This document shows positions 36,512-47,703 of a DNA stretch of 64,000 bases, piece by piece. The notes under the pieces are model-generated. The model saw only the letters and a program-made list of their open reading frames with translations, was not told the DNA's origin and did no database searches. The position numbers were made by a program, and so were the translations under genes. How positions within the stretch are numbered: the stretch's first letter is position 1; each line of letters starts with the position of its first letter. The stretch is from Phycisphaerae bacterium (GTDB taxonomy: Bacteria > Planctomycetota > Phycisphaerae > UBA1845): NCBI GenBank assembly GCA_028289375.1, contig JANQQK010000028.1, positions 67,318-131,317 on the forward strand, read 5' to 3'.

Positions 36512-39229
36512 ATGAAGATCAACTTGAGCATTCATTACGATACGACGTTTGGACAGACGATTTGCGTGTGTGGGTCGTGGAAGTCGTTGGGGAACTGGGA
36601 AGTATCGAACGCGGCGCGTCTGTCCTATGAGAAGAATGGTCGCTGGTCGCTTTCGCTCGATGTTGCCGAAGATCTGCAGGATCTGGAATACAAGTATCTG
36701 CTTGTTGAAGAGGATGGTCGGTATTCGTGGGAATGGGGTGACGTCCGATCTGTCAAGGTCGGAGGGTATGATGTTCCCGTCATACATCTGCATGATCAGT
36801 GGCGTGCTCCCGCGAGTCATGAAAGGGTCATGTTCAACTCGTGCTTTCGGGATGTCCTTATGAGGCCTGACATGGGTCTTAAAGGGGATCATGCGAATGC
36901 ACAGTCGTGCGTGGAATTCAGAATAGCGGTTCCGCGGATTGGGCCTGGGTTACAGATCTGTGTCGTGGGCAATCAGGAGGGATTGGGTGACTGGAAGAAG
37001 GGTGAGCCGCTTCTTCTTGGGTGTGGCGATGATTTTCCGGTATGGTCCGGCTCTGTTGATCGCGGTGCGCTCTCTTTTCCGGTCACCTACAAGTACGGTA
37101 TCTACGATCCTCGAAAGGGAGCTGTTGTCGGCGTGGAGGAGGGGGACGAGCGCCGAATTGAATCGCGCTCTGACGATGATGCCGAAGGCCGTGTTGTTCA
37201 AACTGACGAGTCTTTTCGATTTCCGCAGGGTGACTGGAAGGGTGCGGGGGTGGCTGTTCCAGTGTTCTCGCTACGGAGTGAAAAGAGTGCGGGGATCGGG
37301 GATTTTGGAGACCTGATGGACTTCGTCGGCTGGGCCGGTGAAGTCGGCATGAAGATGGTCCAGGTGCTTCCGCTCAACGATACGATTGCGACGCATGGGT
37401 GGCTTGATTCGTATCCTTACAAGTCCATCTCGGTCATGGCGCTTCATCCGATGTATCTGAACGTGCACCTTCTCGGGGAGTTGCGGGACAAGAAGCTGAG
37501 GGATGGGCTACTGGCGGAGCTTGAGGCGTTGAATGCTGCTCGGCATGTCCAGTATCCGGATGTGCATCGCGTCAAGTCGCGTTACTTCAAGTGCATTTTC
37601 GATCAGGAGGGGGATCGTGTGCTTAAGAGCGCTGCGTACAAGGCGTTCTTTGCAAAGAACCGGGATTGGCTGATTCCGTATGCTGCGTATTCCTACTTGC
37701 GCGATAAGGAAAGGACGTCAGACTTCAGGGAGTGGGGAAAGTACAGCACATATGACGAGTCGGCTATCGGGCGATTGTGCAGCGCGAAGTCCGAGGCGTG
37801 GGATGACATCGCGATACATCTGTTTCTTCAGTTTCATCTCGACAAGCAGTTGAGGGCGGTGACGGAATACGCGCGGAAGAATGGCATCGTGCTGAAGGGG
37901 GACATCCCGATCGGGATCAGTCCGAACAGTGTGGAAGCGTGGACGGAACCGCACTTGTTTCACCTGGATGCGCAGGCGGGTGCTCCGCCAGATGATCTTG
38001 CGGTCAAGGGGCAGAACTGGGGGTTCCCGACGTACAACTGGGAGGCGATGGCGAAAGAGGACTACGCATGGTGGAAGCGCCGGCTGCGTCATATGGGGTC
38101 CTATTTCGATGCGTACAGGATCGATCACATACTCGGTTTCTTTCGGATTTGGGAGATTCCTTGTGACTCGGTTGACGGCGTGCTGGGGCATTTCAACGCG
38201 GCGCTTCCGCTGAGCGTGGAGGAGATTGAGCGGTTCGGTATTTCGTTCGATGAGGATCGGATGGCGAAACCGTACATCCGTGAGCATCTGCTTCGCGATC
38301 TTTTTGGTGACGCGACAGAGTCGGTCAAGTCTGAGTTTCTCGAGCAGTCTGATTCCGGGCATTACCGGATGAAAGGGCCGTTTGATTCGCAAGTGAAGGT
38401 GAATCGGCATTTCCTTGATGGCATCGAGGAGGAGGAATTGAGCGATGGCGATCGGCGGATCAGGGATGGGCTCTTCGCTCTGATGGCGAACGTCTTGTTT
38501 GTGCAGACGGGCGAGAATGAATGGGCGCCGAGAATTACGCTGCATCTGACGTCATCGTATGCGGAGTTGGACGAAGCGACACGCGGGCAGCTTGATGCAC
38601 TGTACGTTCACTTCTTCTACGAGCGGCATGACGACTTCTGGTATCAGAAAGCGCTGGAGAAGCTGCCATCGATTATCTCTGCCAGCGACATGCTTGTGTG
38701 TGGCGAAGATCTTGGAATGGTTCCGGGTTGTGTTGCGCCTGTGATGGAGCAGTTGGATATTCTGAGTCTGGAAATCCAGCGCATGCCGAAGGATCCGAAC
38801 GTCAAGTACGCCGATCCGGCGAACGCTCCGTATCTTTCGGTGTGTACGACGTCGACGCATGATATGCCGACGATCAGGGGATGGTGGGAGCTGGAGCGGG
38901 ATTCGATGCGAACTTTCTTTTCCGACGAGCTTGGGAATCAGGGGGATCCGCCCTACTTTGCCGAGCCGTGGGTCTGCAGTCAGATGATCTCGCAGCATTT
39001 GCGGTCGCCGGCGATGTGGACGGTTTTCCCGATCCAGGACTTGCTGGCGATGGATGGCGATCTGCGATGGGATGAGACCCACGAGGAGCAAATCAACGAG
39101 CCGAGCAATGTGCGGCATCGATGGAAGTACAGGATGCATCAGAGTATCGAGGCGTTGAAGGGTGCCACGGATTTCAACGCGATGCTCCGGGCGATGATTG
39201 ATGACGCCGGCAGGAATGCCGCGTACTAG
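36512..39229 (+). CDS. malQ: 4-alpha-glucanotransferase (GH77) with two N-terminal CBM20-like modules (DPE2-like architecture)
   Basis: Two CBM20-like units (ICVCGSWKSLGNWE...EYKYLL; ICVVGNQEGLGDWK...TYKYGI). GH77 core YPYKSISVMALHPMY, GDIPIGISPNSVEAW, GAPPDDLAVKGQNWGFPTYNW, CGEDLGMVP. Confidence 0.88.
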   Translation: MKINLSIHYDTTFGQTICVCGSWKSLGNWEVSNAARLSYEKNGRWSLSLDVAEDLQDLEYKYLLVEEDGRYSWEWGDVRSVKVGGYDVPVIHLHDQWRAPASHERVMFNSCFRDVLMRPDMGLKGDHANAQSCVEFRIAVPRIGPGLQICVVGNQEGLGDWKKGEPLLLGCGDDFPVWSGSVDRGALSFPVTYKYGIYDPRKGAVVGVEEGDERRIESRSDDDAEGRVVQTDESFRFPQGDWKGAGVAVPVFSLRSEKSAGIGDFGDLMDFVGWAGEVGMKMVQVLPLNDTIATHGWLDSYPYKSISVMALHPMYLNVHLLGELRDKKLRDGLLAELEALNAARHVQYPDVHRVKSRYFKCIFDQEGDRVLKSAAYKAFFAKNRDWLIPYAAYSYLRDKERTSDFREWGKYSTYDESAIGRLCSAKSEAWDDIAIHLFLQFHLDKQLRAVTEYARKNGIVLKGDIPIGISPNSVEAWTEPHLFHLDAQAGAPPDDLAVKGQNWGFPTYNWEAMAKEDYAWWKRRLRHMGSYFDAYRIDHILGFFRIWEIPCDSVDGVLGHFNAALPLSVEEIERFGISFDEDRMAKPYIREHLLRDLFGDATESVKSEFLEQSDSGHYRMKGPFDSQVKVNRHFLDGIEEEELSDGDRRIRDGLFALMANVLFVQTGENEWAPRITLHLTSSYAELDEATRGQLDALYVHFFYERHDDFWYQKALEKLPSIISASDMLVCGEDLGMVPGCVAPVMEQLDILSLEIQRMPKDPNVKYADPANAPYLSVCTTSTHDMPTIRGWWELERDSMRTFFSDELGNQGDPPYFAEPWVCSQMISQHLRSPAMWTVFPIQDLLAMDGDLRWDETHEEQINEPSNVRHRWKYRMHQSIEALKGATDFNAMLRAMIDDAGRNAAY

Positions 39230-39273
39230 CCAAGCCTTGCGATCGAATTTCGGTGCGCGTGGAGTTTTGAGTG

Positions 39274-41037
39274 ATGGATCTCATGTGTAGCAGCAGAAAC
39301 GTCATTGTTCTTGTTTTGGTGATTGCCGGGGTTGCGTCGGCCCGCGAGTGGATCGATCGTGCGTGGAAGGATGATGTCATCTACTTCGTGATGACGGATC
39401 GGTTTCATGATGGCGATCCGGAGAACAACAGGCCGCCGGAGTCCGACCCGGGGCTGTACGATCCTGCTCAAAAGGACATCAATCTCTACCACGGCGGCGA
39501 CTTTCGTGGGTTGGAGAAGGCGTTGGAGCGTGGCTATTTTTCCGATCTGGGCATCAGCGCCATCTGGATCACGCCGCCCGTGCGAAACGCCTGGATGTCT
39601 CTGCATGATCTTGGTGGCAGCAAGAGCGGCTACCATGGGTACTGGGCTCAGGATTTTCTGGATATCGATCCGCACCTGACGAGTCGCAAGAGTCTGGGCG
39701 GCGAACCCTATGAGGCTGGTCGCGAGGGGCGCCTGCAGCATTACAAGGACCTGATCGCACTGGCGCACAAGCACGACATCAAGATCGTGCAGGATATTGT
39801 GTGCAATCATATTGGGCCGATTTTCTATTACGATCTTGACGGCAATGGCAGGCACGACGGCAAGAAGGGAGAGTGGACGCCGCCATACCGATCGGATGGG
39901 TCGTATCGGGATTTCATTCGCTGGGCCGACGAACCGAAGTGGAATGTCGGTAAGCTGCGCGGGCCTGCTTTGTTTCAGAGTGCGGATGTTTATTGGGCCA
40001 AGGGGTTCAGCGGTGACAGTCTCGGGAAGTCGGATGGCGAAGAGCGGCGATGTGATTTCTTGTCGCTGAGGGCGTTCAACACTTCGCCGGATGCTGAGCA
40101 CTTCGACAGGCTCGTCGATGCGTTTGTCGAGATTTATCATTTCTACATTGATGAGTTGGGCGTTGATGGCCTGCGGATCGACACGGTGAAACATGTTCAC
40201 AAGTCGTTCTGGGATGCGTTTGCCACGCGGATGCGGGAGCGTCTGGGGCCGGAATCGGAGAAGGTGTTGATGTTCGGTGAGGTCTTCGGGAACTCGATTG
40301 GCGACATCAACTTTTATACCAGCAGTAAGAACGGCAATGGGCGATGTCTGGATGGTCTGCTGAATTTCCAGTTCATGTGGGCAGTGCGTGATGTTCTGCG
40401 GCATAAAGATCGGGGCGACGCCGGGAAACTGAAGCACTTTGTTGATCGGATGGACCGGGAGGTTAAGGGTAGCAGTCGTTACGCTGCCAAGGAGATGCGT
40501 CTCAATACCGTCAACTTCATCGGCAATCACGACGGGATTAATCGATTCCTCGTGAATGGTGTTGATGAGCGCAACCATGCGCTTGCCTTGGGTGCGATGC
40601 TGACGTTCGAGGGTATCCCGTGCATCTACTACGGTTCTGAACTTGCCGTCCGCGATACGCGGCATGGGGTTGGCGGTGACAGCGAAACCGGTCGTTTCAC
40701 GCTGTTTGACAACGGGGGGCAGCGTCGCTTCGATGCACGCAAGGGCAACGCCGATTTCAAGAAGGTTGCCGAGTTGATTCGTCTACGAAGGAAGATGCCG
40801 GATTTGGTTGATGGCGACGTACGCGTGTTTCCGCTTGAGGGTGCCCGGATCGAAGATGGGGTGTTGGCGTATCGGCGTGGGTCGGCACTGGTGGTGCTTA
40901 ATGCCGGGACGGAGGGGCGTCGTTTTTCACTTCCCGCTGCGAGGCTCGTGTATTCCAACGGCTTGGTTGACAGGATGAAAATCGTGGAGAAGACCGAGAT
41001 CCCCGGCAAGACGCTGCAGGTTTATGACGTTGAATGA
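39274..41037 (+). CDS. secreted GH13 alpha-amylase-family enzyme
   Basis: Signal peptide MDLMCSSRNVIVLVLVIAGVASA. VIYFVMTDRFHDGDPENN, YHGYWAQDF, QDIVCNHIG, DGLRIDTVKHV, FGEVF, FIGNHD. Confidence 0.9.
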   Translation: MDLMCSSRNVIVLVLVIAGVASAREWIDRAWKDDVIYFVMTDRFHDGDPENNRPPESDPGLYDPAQKDINLYHGGDFRGLEKALERGYFSDLGISAIWITPPVRNAWMSLHDLGGSKSGYHGYWAQDFLDIDPHLTSRKSLGGEPYEAGREGRLQHYKDLIALAHKHDIKIVQDIVCNHIGPIFYYDLDGNGRHDGKKGEWTPPYRSDGSYRDFIRWADEPKWNVGKLRGPALFQSADVYWAKGFSGDSLGKSDGEERRCDFLSLRAFNTSPDAEHFDRLVDAFVEIYHFYIDELGVDGLRIDTVKHVHKSFWDAFATRMRERLGPESEKVLMFGEVFGNSIGDINFYTSSKNGNGRCLDGLLNFQFMWAVRDVLRHKDRGDAGKLKHFVDRMDREVKGSSRYAAKEMRLNTVNFIGNHDGINRFLVNGVDERNHALALGAMLTFEGIPCIYYGSELAVRDTRHGVGGDSETGRFTLFDNGGQRRFDARKGNADFKKVAELIRLRRKMPDLVDGDVRVFPLEGARIEDGVLAYRRGSALVVLNAGTEGRRFSLPAARLVYSNGLVDRMKIVEKTEIPGKTLQVYDVE

Positions 41038-41178
41038 TCTCGGTGGGGTGGGGGGCGTCCGGGTGACCTTGGTTTCGGGTCCTTTAGGCGATGAAGGGTT
41101 CGGGGCAGGGCAGGCGTGCGCAGGGCGACCTTTCGGACGCGTCTCGTGCGACATCGGGGCTTTGCGGGCTTTATTGAG

Positions 41179-41200
41179 CAGAGCGACAGCGGTCGCTGTG
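41179..41200. terminator. hairpin between convergent genes (possible bidirectional terminator)
   Basis: CAGAGCGAC-AGCG-GTCGCTGTG, 8 of 9 bp. No clear T-tract. Confidence 0.25.
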
Positions 41201-41269
41201 CGGATTGCTTGATCATCCGAGTGACGTCACTGCGACGCGGTTTGGATGTCGAGCACGGGTGAACTTGTC

Positions 41270-42964
41270 TTAGCCGAAGTAGGCTTTCAAGACGTACTGG
41301 CTCATCATGCGCTGCGTGTTGAAGAAGGATCCGTTCAGGGCGATGCAATTGCGCATGACCTGGATGAAGTCGGTTCTTCTCTCGTAGAAGAGGGGTAGAA
41401 TCAAGTACTCCAGTTTGTCATAGAGCATCGCAGCATCTTCATGCCGATTGGCTGGGGTCGGTGCATCGCCATTGGTCCGCCCGATGGCCCAACCGGTTTG
41501 TCCCTCGATCCATCCTTCGAGCCACCAGCCATCCAGAACGCTGAGGGAGGGAATGCCATTGAGCGCGGCTTTCATTCCGCTGGTTCCGGAAGCTTCCTTC
41601 GGGGGCTCGGGCGTGTTGAGCCAGAGGTCGACGCCCGCAGCCATGAGGTGGCACAGTTCGATGTCGTAGTCGGCGAGGTACACGCCTTTGATGCTGTGTG
41701 CGAGGCTTTTTTGTGCATGGACGATTCTTCGGATGATGTCTTTTCCGACTTCGTCGCTGGGATGGGCCTTTCCTGCGTAAACGACCTGGATTTTGCCGAC
41801 GACGTTGTGGATGCGGAGCAGGCGTTCGAGGTCATCGTAGAACATGTCCGCGCGTTTGTAGGCGGCAGCTCGTCGGGCGAAACCGATGGTGAAGACTTCC
41901 GGATCAAATTCGACGCCGCTGACGGTCTTGATGTGGTCGATGAGCGTGTTCTTCGACTCCTGGTGCGCTGCCCAAATCTCGTGACGCGGGATGGAGGTGG
42001 CTGTTCGCAGTGTGTAGTTGTCTTCACGCCATGAGGCCAGGTGCGCGTCCAGCACCTTCTGCATGGGCGGAGCGACCCACCTTGCAGCGTGCACACCGTT
42101 TGTGATTGAGTCGATGGGGTATGGCGCGAACATCTCCCGCGACACTTGCCCGTGGCGTTTGGCTACGCCATTGACGTAGTGGCTGAGGTTGAGGGCGAGG
42201 TAGGTCATGTTCAACGAATCATCCATGCAGTCGAGTTGATCGAGCAATTCGGTCGTTCTGCCGTGGAGGACGCTGTTAACCAGCTCGCGGGAGAATTTGT
42301 CGTGCCCGGCAGGTACGGGGGTGTGCGTGGTGAATACGCAGAGTCGTCTGACAGCTTCAATCTCCTCGTCGCCGAGTACGTCGTGTTTGTTGGCGCGTCG
42401 TCTCTCGTCGAGCAACTCGCATACGAGCAGGCTGGCGTGACCTTCATTCATGTGGAAGCGTTCGATGGCGTTGTATCCGAGTTCTCGGAGCACGCGTACT
42501 CCGCCGATTCCGAGCACTTTTTCCTGGCATAAGCGATAGCGCTGATCGCCGCCATACAGGTTGTGCGTGAGATTCCGATGTTCGGGGGCATTTCCGGGCA
42601 GATCGGTGTCGAGGAACAGCACCGGGATTCGGAATCCGCCGACGCCTTCGACCTCGTACTGCCAAACGGCAACTTCAACCTCGGTGCTTTCCACGTGCAG
42701 GGTGATGGTGCCCGGCTGCTTTGTCAGGAACTTCTCGATATCCCAGTCGAAGACTTCTTCAGTCTGGTTGCCGTCTGCGTCAATCCGCTGGTGGCAATAG
42801 CCATTGCGGTGCAGGAGGGTGACGGCGACCATCGGGACGCGCAGGTCGGCTGCTGCGCGAATGGTGTCGCCCGCGAGCACGCCCAACCCGCCGCTGTAGG
42901 TTGGCATTTCGGCAATGATGCCGATCTCCATCGAGAAATACGCGACTCTTCTTTGATCCGTCAT
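41270..42964 (-). CDS. glgP: alpha-glucan phosphorylase (GT35, short form)
   Basis: VAYFSMEIGI...YSGGLGVLAGD and TSGMKAALNG (pyridoxal-phosphate Lys region). 564 aa. Confidence 0.9.
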   Translation of the reverse strand: MTDQRRVAYFSMEIGIIAEMPTYSGGLGVLAGDTIRAAADLRVPMVAVTLLHRNGYCHQRIDADGNQTEEVFDWDIEKFLTKQPGTITLHVESTEVEVAVWQYEVEGVGGFRIPVLFLDTDLPGNAPEHRNLTHNLYGGDQRYRLCQEKVLGIGGVRVLRELGYNAIERFHMNEGHASLLVCELLDERRRANKHDVLGDEEIEAVRRLCVFTTHTPVPAGHDKFSRELVNSVLHGRTTELLDQLDCMDDSLNMTYLALNLSHYVNGVAKRHGQVSREMFAPYPIDSITNGVHAARWVAPPMQKVLDAHLASWREDNYTLRTATSIPRHEIWAAHQESKNTLIDHIKTVSGVEFDPEVFTIGFARRAAAYKRADMFYDDLERLLRIHNVVGKIQVVYAGKAHPSDEVGKDIIRRIVHAQKSLAHSIKGVYLADYDIELCHLMAAGVDLWLNTPEPPKEASGTSGMKAALNGIPSLSVLDGWWLEGWIEGQTGWAIGRTNGDAPTPANRHEDAAMLYDKLEYLILPLFYERRTDFIQVMRNCIALNGSFFNTQRMMSQYVLKAYFG

Positions 42965-43339
42965 TTGCTTCTATTCTCGGCAGTCCAAAGGATGCAGATT
43001 ACCCGGTTCACCAATTCAAGGGCCTGAATTCGGATTCGCGAGACGCGCACAACACGGCTGCGCCCCGAGCGTGACATCGAGGCCCGATCATCGACCCAAA
43101 TCCCGCCGGGGCGATGTGCCCTGAGACAATGGGCAAGCAGTGGGAAGAACACCAGTTGCCATTCGTAGGGAAACGCGACCCGGCCCAAACTGGGGAACAT
43201 GTTGCGCGATGTCGTTCGAATTGTCCACGTTCGGGGAATGCACATTTGGCTGCGAGACGGGTCACTCGTGACACGTGGACCCGGTCCGATAGAATGCGGT
43301 CGCGGGTCGAACAACGCCCATCGAGGGCCAACCGGACAG

Positions 43340-45472
43340 GTGATTTTGGACTCGGCGACGAATGACAATTCGATCCAGGCGGGGGAACCGTACCCGCTTG
43401 GTGCTCATTGGGATGGGGCGGGTGTGAATTTTGCCCTTTTCTCTGCGCATGCGACGGCGGTGGACCTGTGCCTCTTCGACGCGGTCGACGCGTCGTCTGA
43501 GAATTCGTGCATCCGCATTCCGCATCACACGAATCAAGTTTGGCATGTTTATGTCCCGGGCATTGGGCCTGGGCAGCTATACGGTTATCGCGTCCACGGG
43601 CCTTATGCTCCCGGTGCTGGCCATCGTTTCAACCCCAACAAGCTTTTGATCGATCCTTATGCCCGAACCGTGGCTGGAAGGCTGCAATGGGATCCGGTGC
43701 TCTACGGTTTCGAATGGGATGCGCGGGAAACGGAGGATCGAATCGGCTCGGGGAACAGTGCTCGCGTTCTGCCGAAGAGCGTTGTGACCGATTCGTCATT
43801 CGAGTGGGATGGTGACGCGAGCCCGCGGACGTGTTGGACCGACACGGTTGTCTACGAGTGCCACGTCAAGGGGATGACGCAATTGCACCCGGATGTACCG
43901 GAAGCGCACCGAGGCACGTTTCTGGGGCTGGCCAGTGAACCCATGATCGACCATTTCGTTGATCTCGGTGTGACGGCGGTGGAACTGCTGCCGGTGCACC
44001 TGTCGGTGGACGAAGAGCACCTTGTTCGCAAGGGGCTGACGAACTACTGGGGTTACAATTCGCTGGCCTTTTTCGCGCCGGATCCGAGGTTCAGTTCATC
44101 GGGGTGGGCCGGAGCGGTGTCAGAATTCAAGACGATGGTCAAGCGACTCCACGGAGCAGGGCTGGAGGTGATTCTTGACGTGGTCTACAACCACACGGCC
44201 GAAGGCAATCATCGCGGACCGACGCTCTCGTTCAAAGGCATCGACAACGCTGCCTACTATCGACTTGAAGAGAGAAACGCCGCGTATTACGAGAACCAAA
44301 GCGGCTGCGGCAATTGTCTTGATCTCCGGCATCCGAGGGTGCTTCAACTTGTGATGGACAGTCTACGCTATTGGGTTGAGGAAATGCACGTTGACGGGTT
44401 TCGGTTCGATCTCGCGTCCGTGTTGGCCCGCGATCGGATGGGGTTTGATCGGCACGCCTCTTTTTTTGCAGCGGTTGCGCAGGATCCCGTGCTGGCCGGG
44501 GTTAAGTTGATCGCCGAACCGTGGGACGTGGGGCATGGGGGTTACCAGTTGGGGTCGTTTCCGCCTGGATGGGCGGAGTGGAATGATCAATATCGCAAGG
44601 GAATTCGGGGCTTCTGGCGTGGCGATGAAGTTCACATGTCGGACCTGAGTTGCCGTCTGGCGGGGAGCAGTGATTGGTTTGGGCAGCCGGGACGGGGTCC
44701 GACCGCCAGTGTCAACTACGTCGTGAGTCACGATGGCCGGACGATGCGTGATCTGGTCAGCTACGAACAGAAACACAATCAGGCCAACGGCGAAGAGAAT
44801 CGGGATGGCAACAACCACGAGTTGAGCACGAATTGGGGGGTCGAGGGGGAGACCGACGATCCGGAGATTAACCAGTTGCGGCGGCGTATGGAGCGTAACT
44901 TTCTGGCGACGCTTGCGTTTTCGTTGGGAGTTCCGATGATTGCCGGCGGAGACGAGTTGGGCAGGACGCAAGCGGGCAACAACAACGCCTATTGCCAGGA
45001 CAATGAGGTTTCGTGGCTCGATTGGTCGGTTGGGTCAAAGTCTGGACAGTTGCGCCAATTCTTGAAGGAATTGCTGGCCATCCGGCGGGCGAGTGGCCTG
45101 TTCGGCCGTGCAGCGTTTCTCACGGGCAAGCCGTTTCTTGACGGGGCGCGTAAGGATGTCACATGGCTGAAGGAAGAGGGCTGTGAACTTGCCGTCGAGG
45201 ATTGGCATGACCCGGGCCGGAAGTCACTTGGCATGCTGCTGTTTGCACCGTCTGATCGGGAACTGGATCGAGAAAGCAAGGTGCTGTTGTTGTTGATGAA
45301 TGCCCATCATGACAAGCGTGTGTTTGCGATGCCGCAGATGGAGGAGGATGGCGTTTGGCAGTGCCGCGTCAATACCTTTGAGACGAGTGGATTGAGCGAG
45401 GAACGGGTAGAGAGTCAAGCAACCGTGAACGGTCGGTCGCTGGTTCTGCTGGAGTATGATTTCACGCGATGA
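43340..45472 (+). CDS. glgX: glycogen debranching enzyme (isoamylase-type GH13_11)
   Basis: GEPYPLGAHWDGAGVNFALFSAHA, VILDVVYNHT, DGFRFDLASVL, AEPWD, VSHDGRTM. Start uncertain: GTG 43340 proposed, in-frame ATGs at 43199 and 43238. Confidence 0.85.
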   Translation: MILDSATNDNSIQAGEPYPLGAHWDGAGVNFALFSAHATAVDLCLFDAVDASSENSCIRIPHHTNQVWHVYVPGIGPGQLYGYRVHGPYAPGAGHRFNPNKLLIDPYARTVAGRLQWDPVLYGFEWDARETEDRIGSGNSARVLPKSVVTDSSFEWDGDASPRTCWTDTVVYECHVKGMTQLHPDVPEAHRGTFLGLASEPMIDHFVDLGVTAVELLPVHLSVDEEHLVRKGLTNYWGYNSLAFFAPDPRFSSSGWAGAVSEFKTMVKRLHGAGLEVILDVVYNHTAEGNHRGPTLSFKGIDNAAYYRLEERNAAYYENQSGCGNCLDLRHPRVLQLVMDSLRYWVEEMHVDGFRFDLASVLARDRMGFDRHASFFAAVAQDPVLAGVKLIAEPWDVGHGGYQLGSFPPGWAEWNDQYRKGIRGFWRGDEVHMSDLSCRLAGSSDWFGQPGRGPTASVNYVVSHDGRTMRDLVSYEQKHNQANGEENRDGNNHELSTNWGVEGETDDPEINQLRRRMERNFLATLAFSLGVPMIAGGDELGRTQAGNNNAYCQDNEVSWLDWSVGSKSGQLRQFLKELLAIRRASGLFGRAAFLTGKPFLDGARKDVTWLKEEGCELAVEDWHDPGRKSLGMLLFAPSDRELDRESKVLLLLMNAHHDKRVFAMPQMEEDGVWQCRVNTFETSGLSEERVESQATVNGRSLVLLEYDFTR

Positions 45473-47700
45473 AACCTTCAAAATCAAATGCGCCGGCCCA
45501 TCCCGAAGAAATGGCCCATCTGGTGGATCCAGATGAATGGGGGAGGTTGCGTGCCGGTGAGCATGGTGAGCCGCATCGGATTCTTGGCGCGCATCCCGTC
45601 AGCACATCGTCAGGCCAAGGGTTCATGGTTCGGGCATTTCATCCGCATGCTGCCTCGGTCGACTGCTTGCTGCCGTCGGGTGAAGTGCACGCTCTGACGG
45701 AGGTGCGCGCGGGCGGCTTGTTCGAAGCGTTTATCCACTCAGTGGCTCAGAAGCTCAACTATCGGCTTCGATTTCGGTTTCCCGACGGCAACGAGTGGGA
45801 ACGCGGCGATCCTTATGCATACTTGCCCACGTTGGGCGACACGGACCTGCACCTTTTCAATGAGGGCAACCACCTGCGATTGTGGGAACATCTTGGCGCG
45901 CATGTCCGAACCGTCGACGGCACGCATGGTGTTTCGTTTGCCGTGTGGGCGCCGAATGCAAAGCGTGTGTCGGTCATCGGTGATTTCTGCGGGTGGGACG
46001 GGCAGGCGTTTCCCATGCGGCAGATGGGCAGCTCGGGGATATTCGAATTGTTCATACCGGACCTTGAGCCGGGGGTGCTGTACAAGTACGAAATCAAGAC
46101 GCAGGAGAATCACCTCCACGTCAAGACAGATCCCTGTGCGCACATGATGGAAGGGCCTCCGAACAACGCGTCGCGCGTGTTTCGCACGGACTACGTGTGG
46201 AATGATGATGCGTGGATGGGGCGCCGGTCATCGGCCGACATGACACGGGAACCGGTTTCGATCTATGAATTGCACTTGGGCTCGTGGGCGCGTGTTCCGG
46301 AGGAGATGAATCGTCCGTTGGGCTATCGCGAGATCGCACCACGATTGGCTGAGCACGTGAAGCGGTTTGGATTCACGCACGTGGAGTTGATGCCGGTTGC
46401 GGAGCACCCGCTCGACGCGTCATGGGGATACCAGGTGACGGGCTATTTCGCGCCGACGAGTCGATTCGGCACACCGGATGATCTGCGCTTCCTGGTGGAC
46501 CATCTGCATCAGAATGGGATTGGCGTGATTCTCGACTGGGTGCCCGCGCACTTCCCGCGTGACGACTTCGCGCTGCGTCGATTCGATGGGACCGCGCTGT
46601 ACGAACATGAGGATCCGCGACGCGGAGAGCATCCTGACTGGGGAACGCTGATCTTCAACTACGAGCGCAAAGAGGTGCGCAACTTCCTGGTAGCCAACGC
46701 GCTTTACTGGCTTAAGGAGTTTCATCTGGATGGTCTGCGGGTCGATGCGGTCGCATCCATGATCTACCTTGATTACAGCCGGGAAGAGGGGCAGTGGCTG
46801 CCGAACGTACATGGTGGCAAGGAGAACATCGGGGCGATCGAGCTGTTGCGGGCGGTCAATGAGTCGATTCGGCTGGAGTGTCCTGGTTGTATGACGGTTG
46901 CTGAAGAGTCGACGTCATGGAATGGTGTGACGGCACCGGTGTCGGAGGGTGGCTTGGGTTTTACGTTCAAGTGGAACATGGGCTGGATGAACGACACGCT
47001 GCGGTACTTTTCGCGTGATCCAATCCATCGGCGTTTTCACCAGAATGATCTGACATTCGCCATGCTTTACGAGCACTCGGAGCACTTCGTCAATGCGATC
47101 TCGCATGACGAGGTTGTGCACGGGAAGTGTTCCATGCTCGAGAAAATGCCGGGCGACCATTGGCAGAAGTTCGCCAATCTGCGTCTGTTGCTGTCTTACC
47201 AATTCACGCGGCCGGGCAAGAAGCTGCTGTTCATGGGGACGGAATTGGCGATGCATGACGAATGGGATCACGCGCGGAGCATGGATTGGCATCTTGCGGA
47301 TGAACAACACCGAATCGGCCATCAGAAGTTCATGGAGGACTTGGGTGCGCTCTATCTTGCAGAGCCATCGCTGTGGGCGGGCGACGTTGAGTCGAGCAGT
47401 TTTGCGTGGATCGACTGCAACGATGCCGAGAATTCCGTCTTGTCGTACCGGCGGGATCATGGTGACCGAACGGTTGTCGTCCTGATGAACATGACGCCGG
47501 TGCCGAGGGAGGATTACCGCGTTGGCGTTCCTCATGAAGGCGTTTACCGCGCGCTGCTGAATTCGGATGATGCTGCCTACGGCGGGGGTGGCTATTCCGC
47601 GGAGTCGGAGTGGCGCAGTGAGGCCTATGGAATGCACGGATACGCACAATCGATTCGACTGTCGTTGCCGCCATTGGCCGCGCTCGTTCTCACACAATAG
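45469..47700 (+). CDS. glgB: 1,4-alpha-glucan branching enzyme
   Basis: GVSFAVWAPNAKRVSVIGDFCGWDG (CBM48), VILDWVPAHFP, DGLRVDAVASMIY, TVAEEST, ISHDEVVHGK. ATGA overlap with glgX. Confidence 0.93.
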   Translation: MKPSKSNAPAHPEEMAHLVDPDEWGRLRAGEHGEPHRILGAHPVSTSSGQGFMVRAFHPHAASVDCLLPSGEVHALTEVRAGGLFEAFIHSVAQKLNYRLRFRFPDGNEWERGDPYAYLPTLGDTDLHLFNEGNHLRLWEHLGAHVRTVDGTHGVSFAVWAPNAKRVSVIGDFCGWDGQAFPMRQMGSSGIFELFIPDLEPGVLYKYEIKTQENHLHVKTDPCAHMMEGPPNNASRVFRTDYVWNDDAWMGRRSSADMTREPVSIYELHLGSWARVPEEMNRPLGYREIAPRLAEHVKRFGFTHVELMPVAEHPLDASWGYQVTGYFAPTSRFGTPDDLRFLVDHLHQNGIGVILDWVPAHFPRDDFALRRFDGTALYEHEDPRRGEHPDWGTLIFNYERKEVRNFLVANALYWLKEFHLDGLRVDAVASMIYLDYSREEGQWLPNVHGGKENIGAIELLRAVNESIRLECPGCMTVAEESTSWNGVTAPVSEGGLGFTFKWNMGWMNDTLRYFSRDPIHRRFHQNDLTFAMLYEHSEHFVNAISHDEVVHGKCSMLEKMPGDHWQKFANLRLLLSYQFTRPGKKLLFMGTELAMHDEWDHARSMDWHLADEQHRIGHQKFMEDLGALYLAEPSLWAGDVESSSFAWIDCNDAENSVLSYRRDHGDRTVVVLMNMTPVPREDYRVGVPHEGVYRALLNSDDAAYGGGGYSAESEWRSEAYGMHGYAQSIRLSLPPLAALVLTQ

Positions 47701-47703
47701 GCC

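Noticed and set aside
41220-41231. Perfect 12-bp palindrome AGTGACGTCACT (CRE-like TGACGTCA core) between convergent genes
   Set aside because: At uniform base composition, roughly 64000 x 4^-6, or about 16, perfect 12-bp palindromes are expected by chance in a window this size. It is a single occurrence without a second half-site context.
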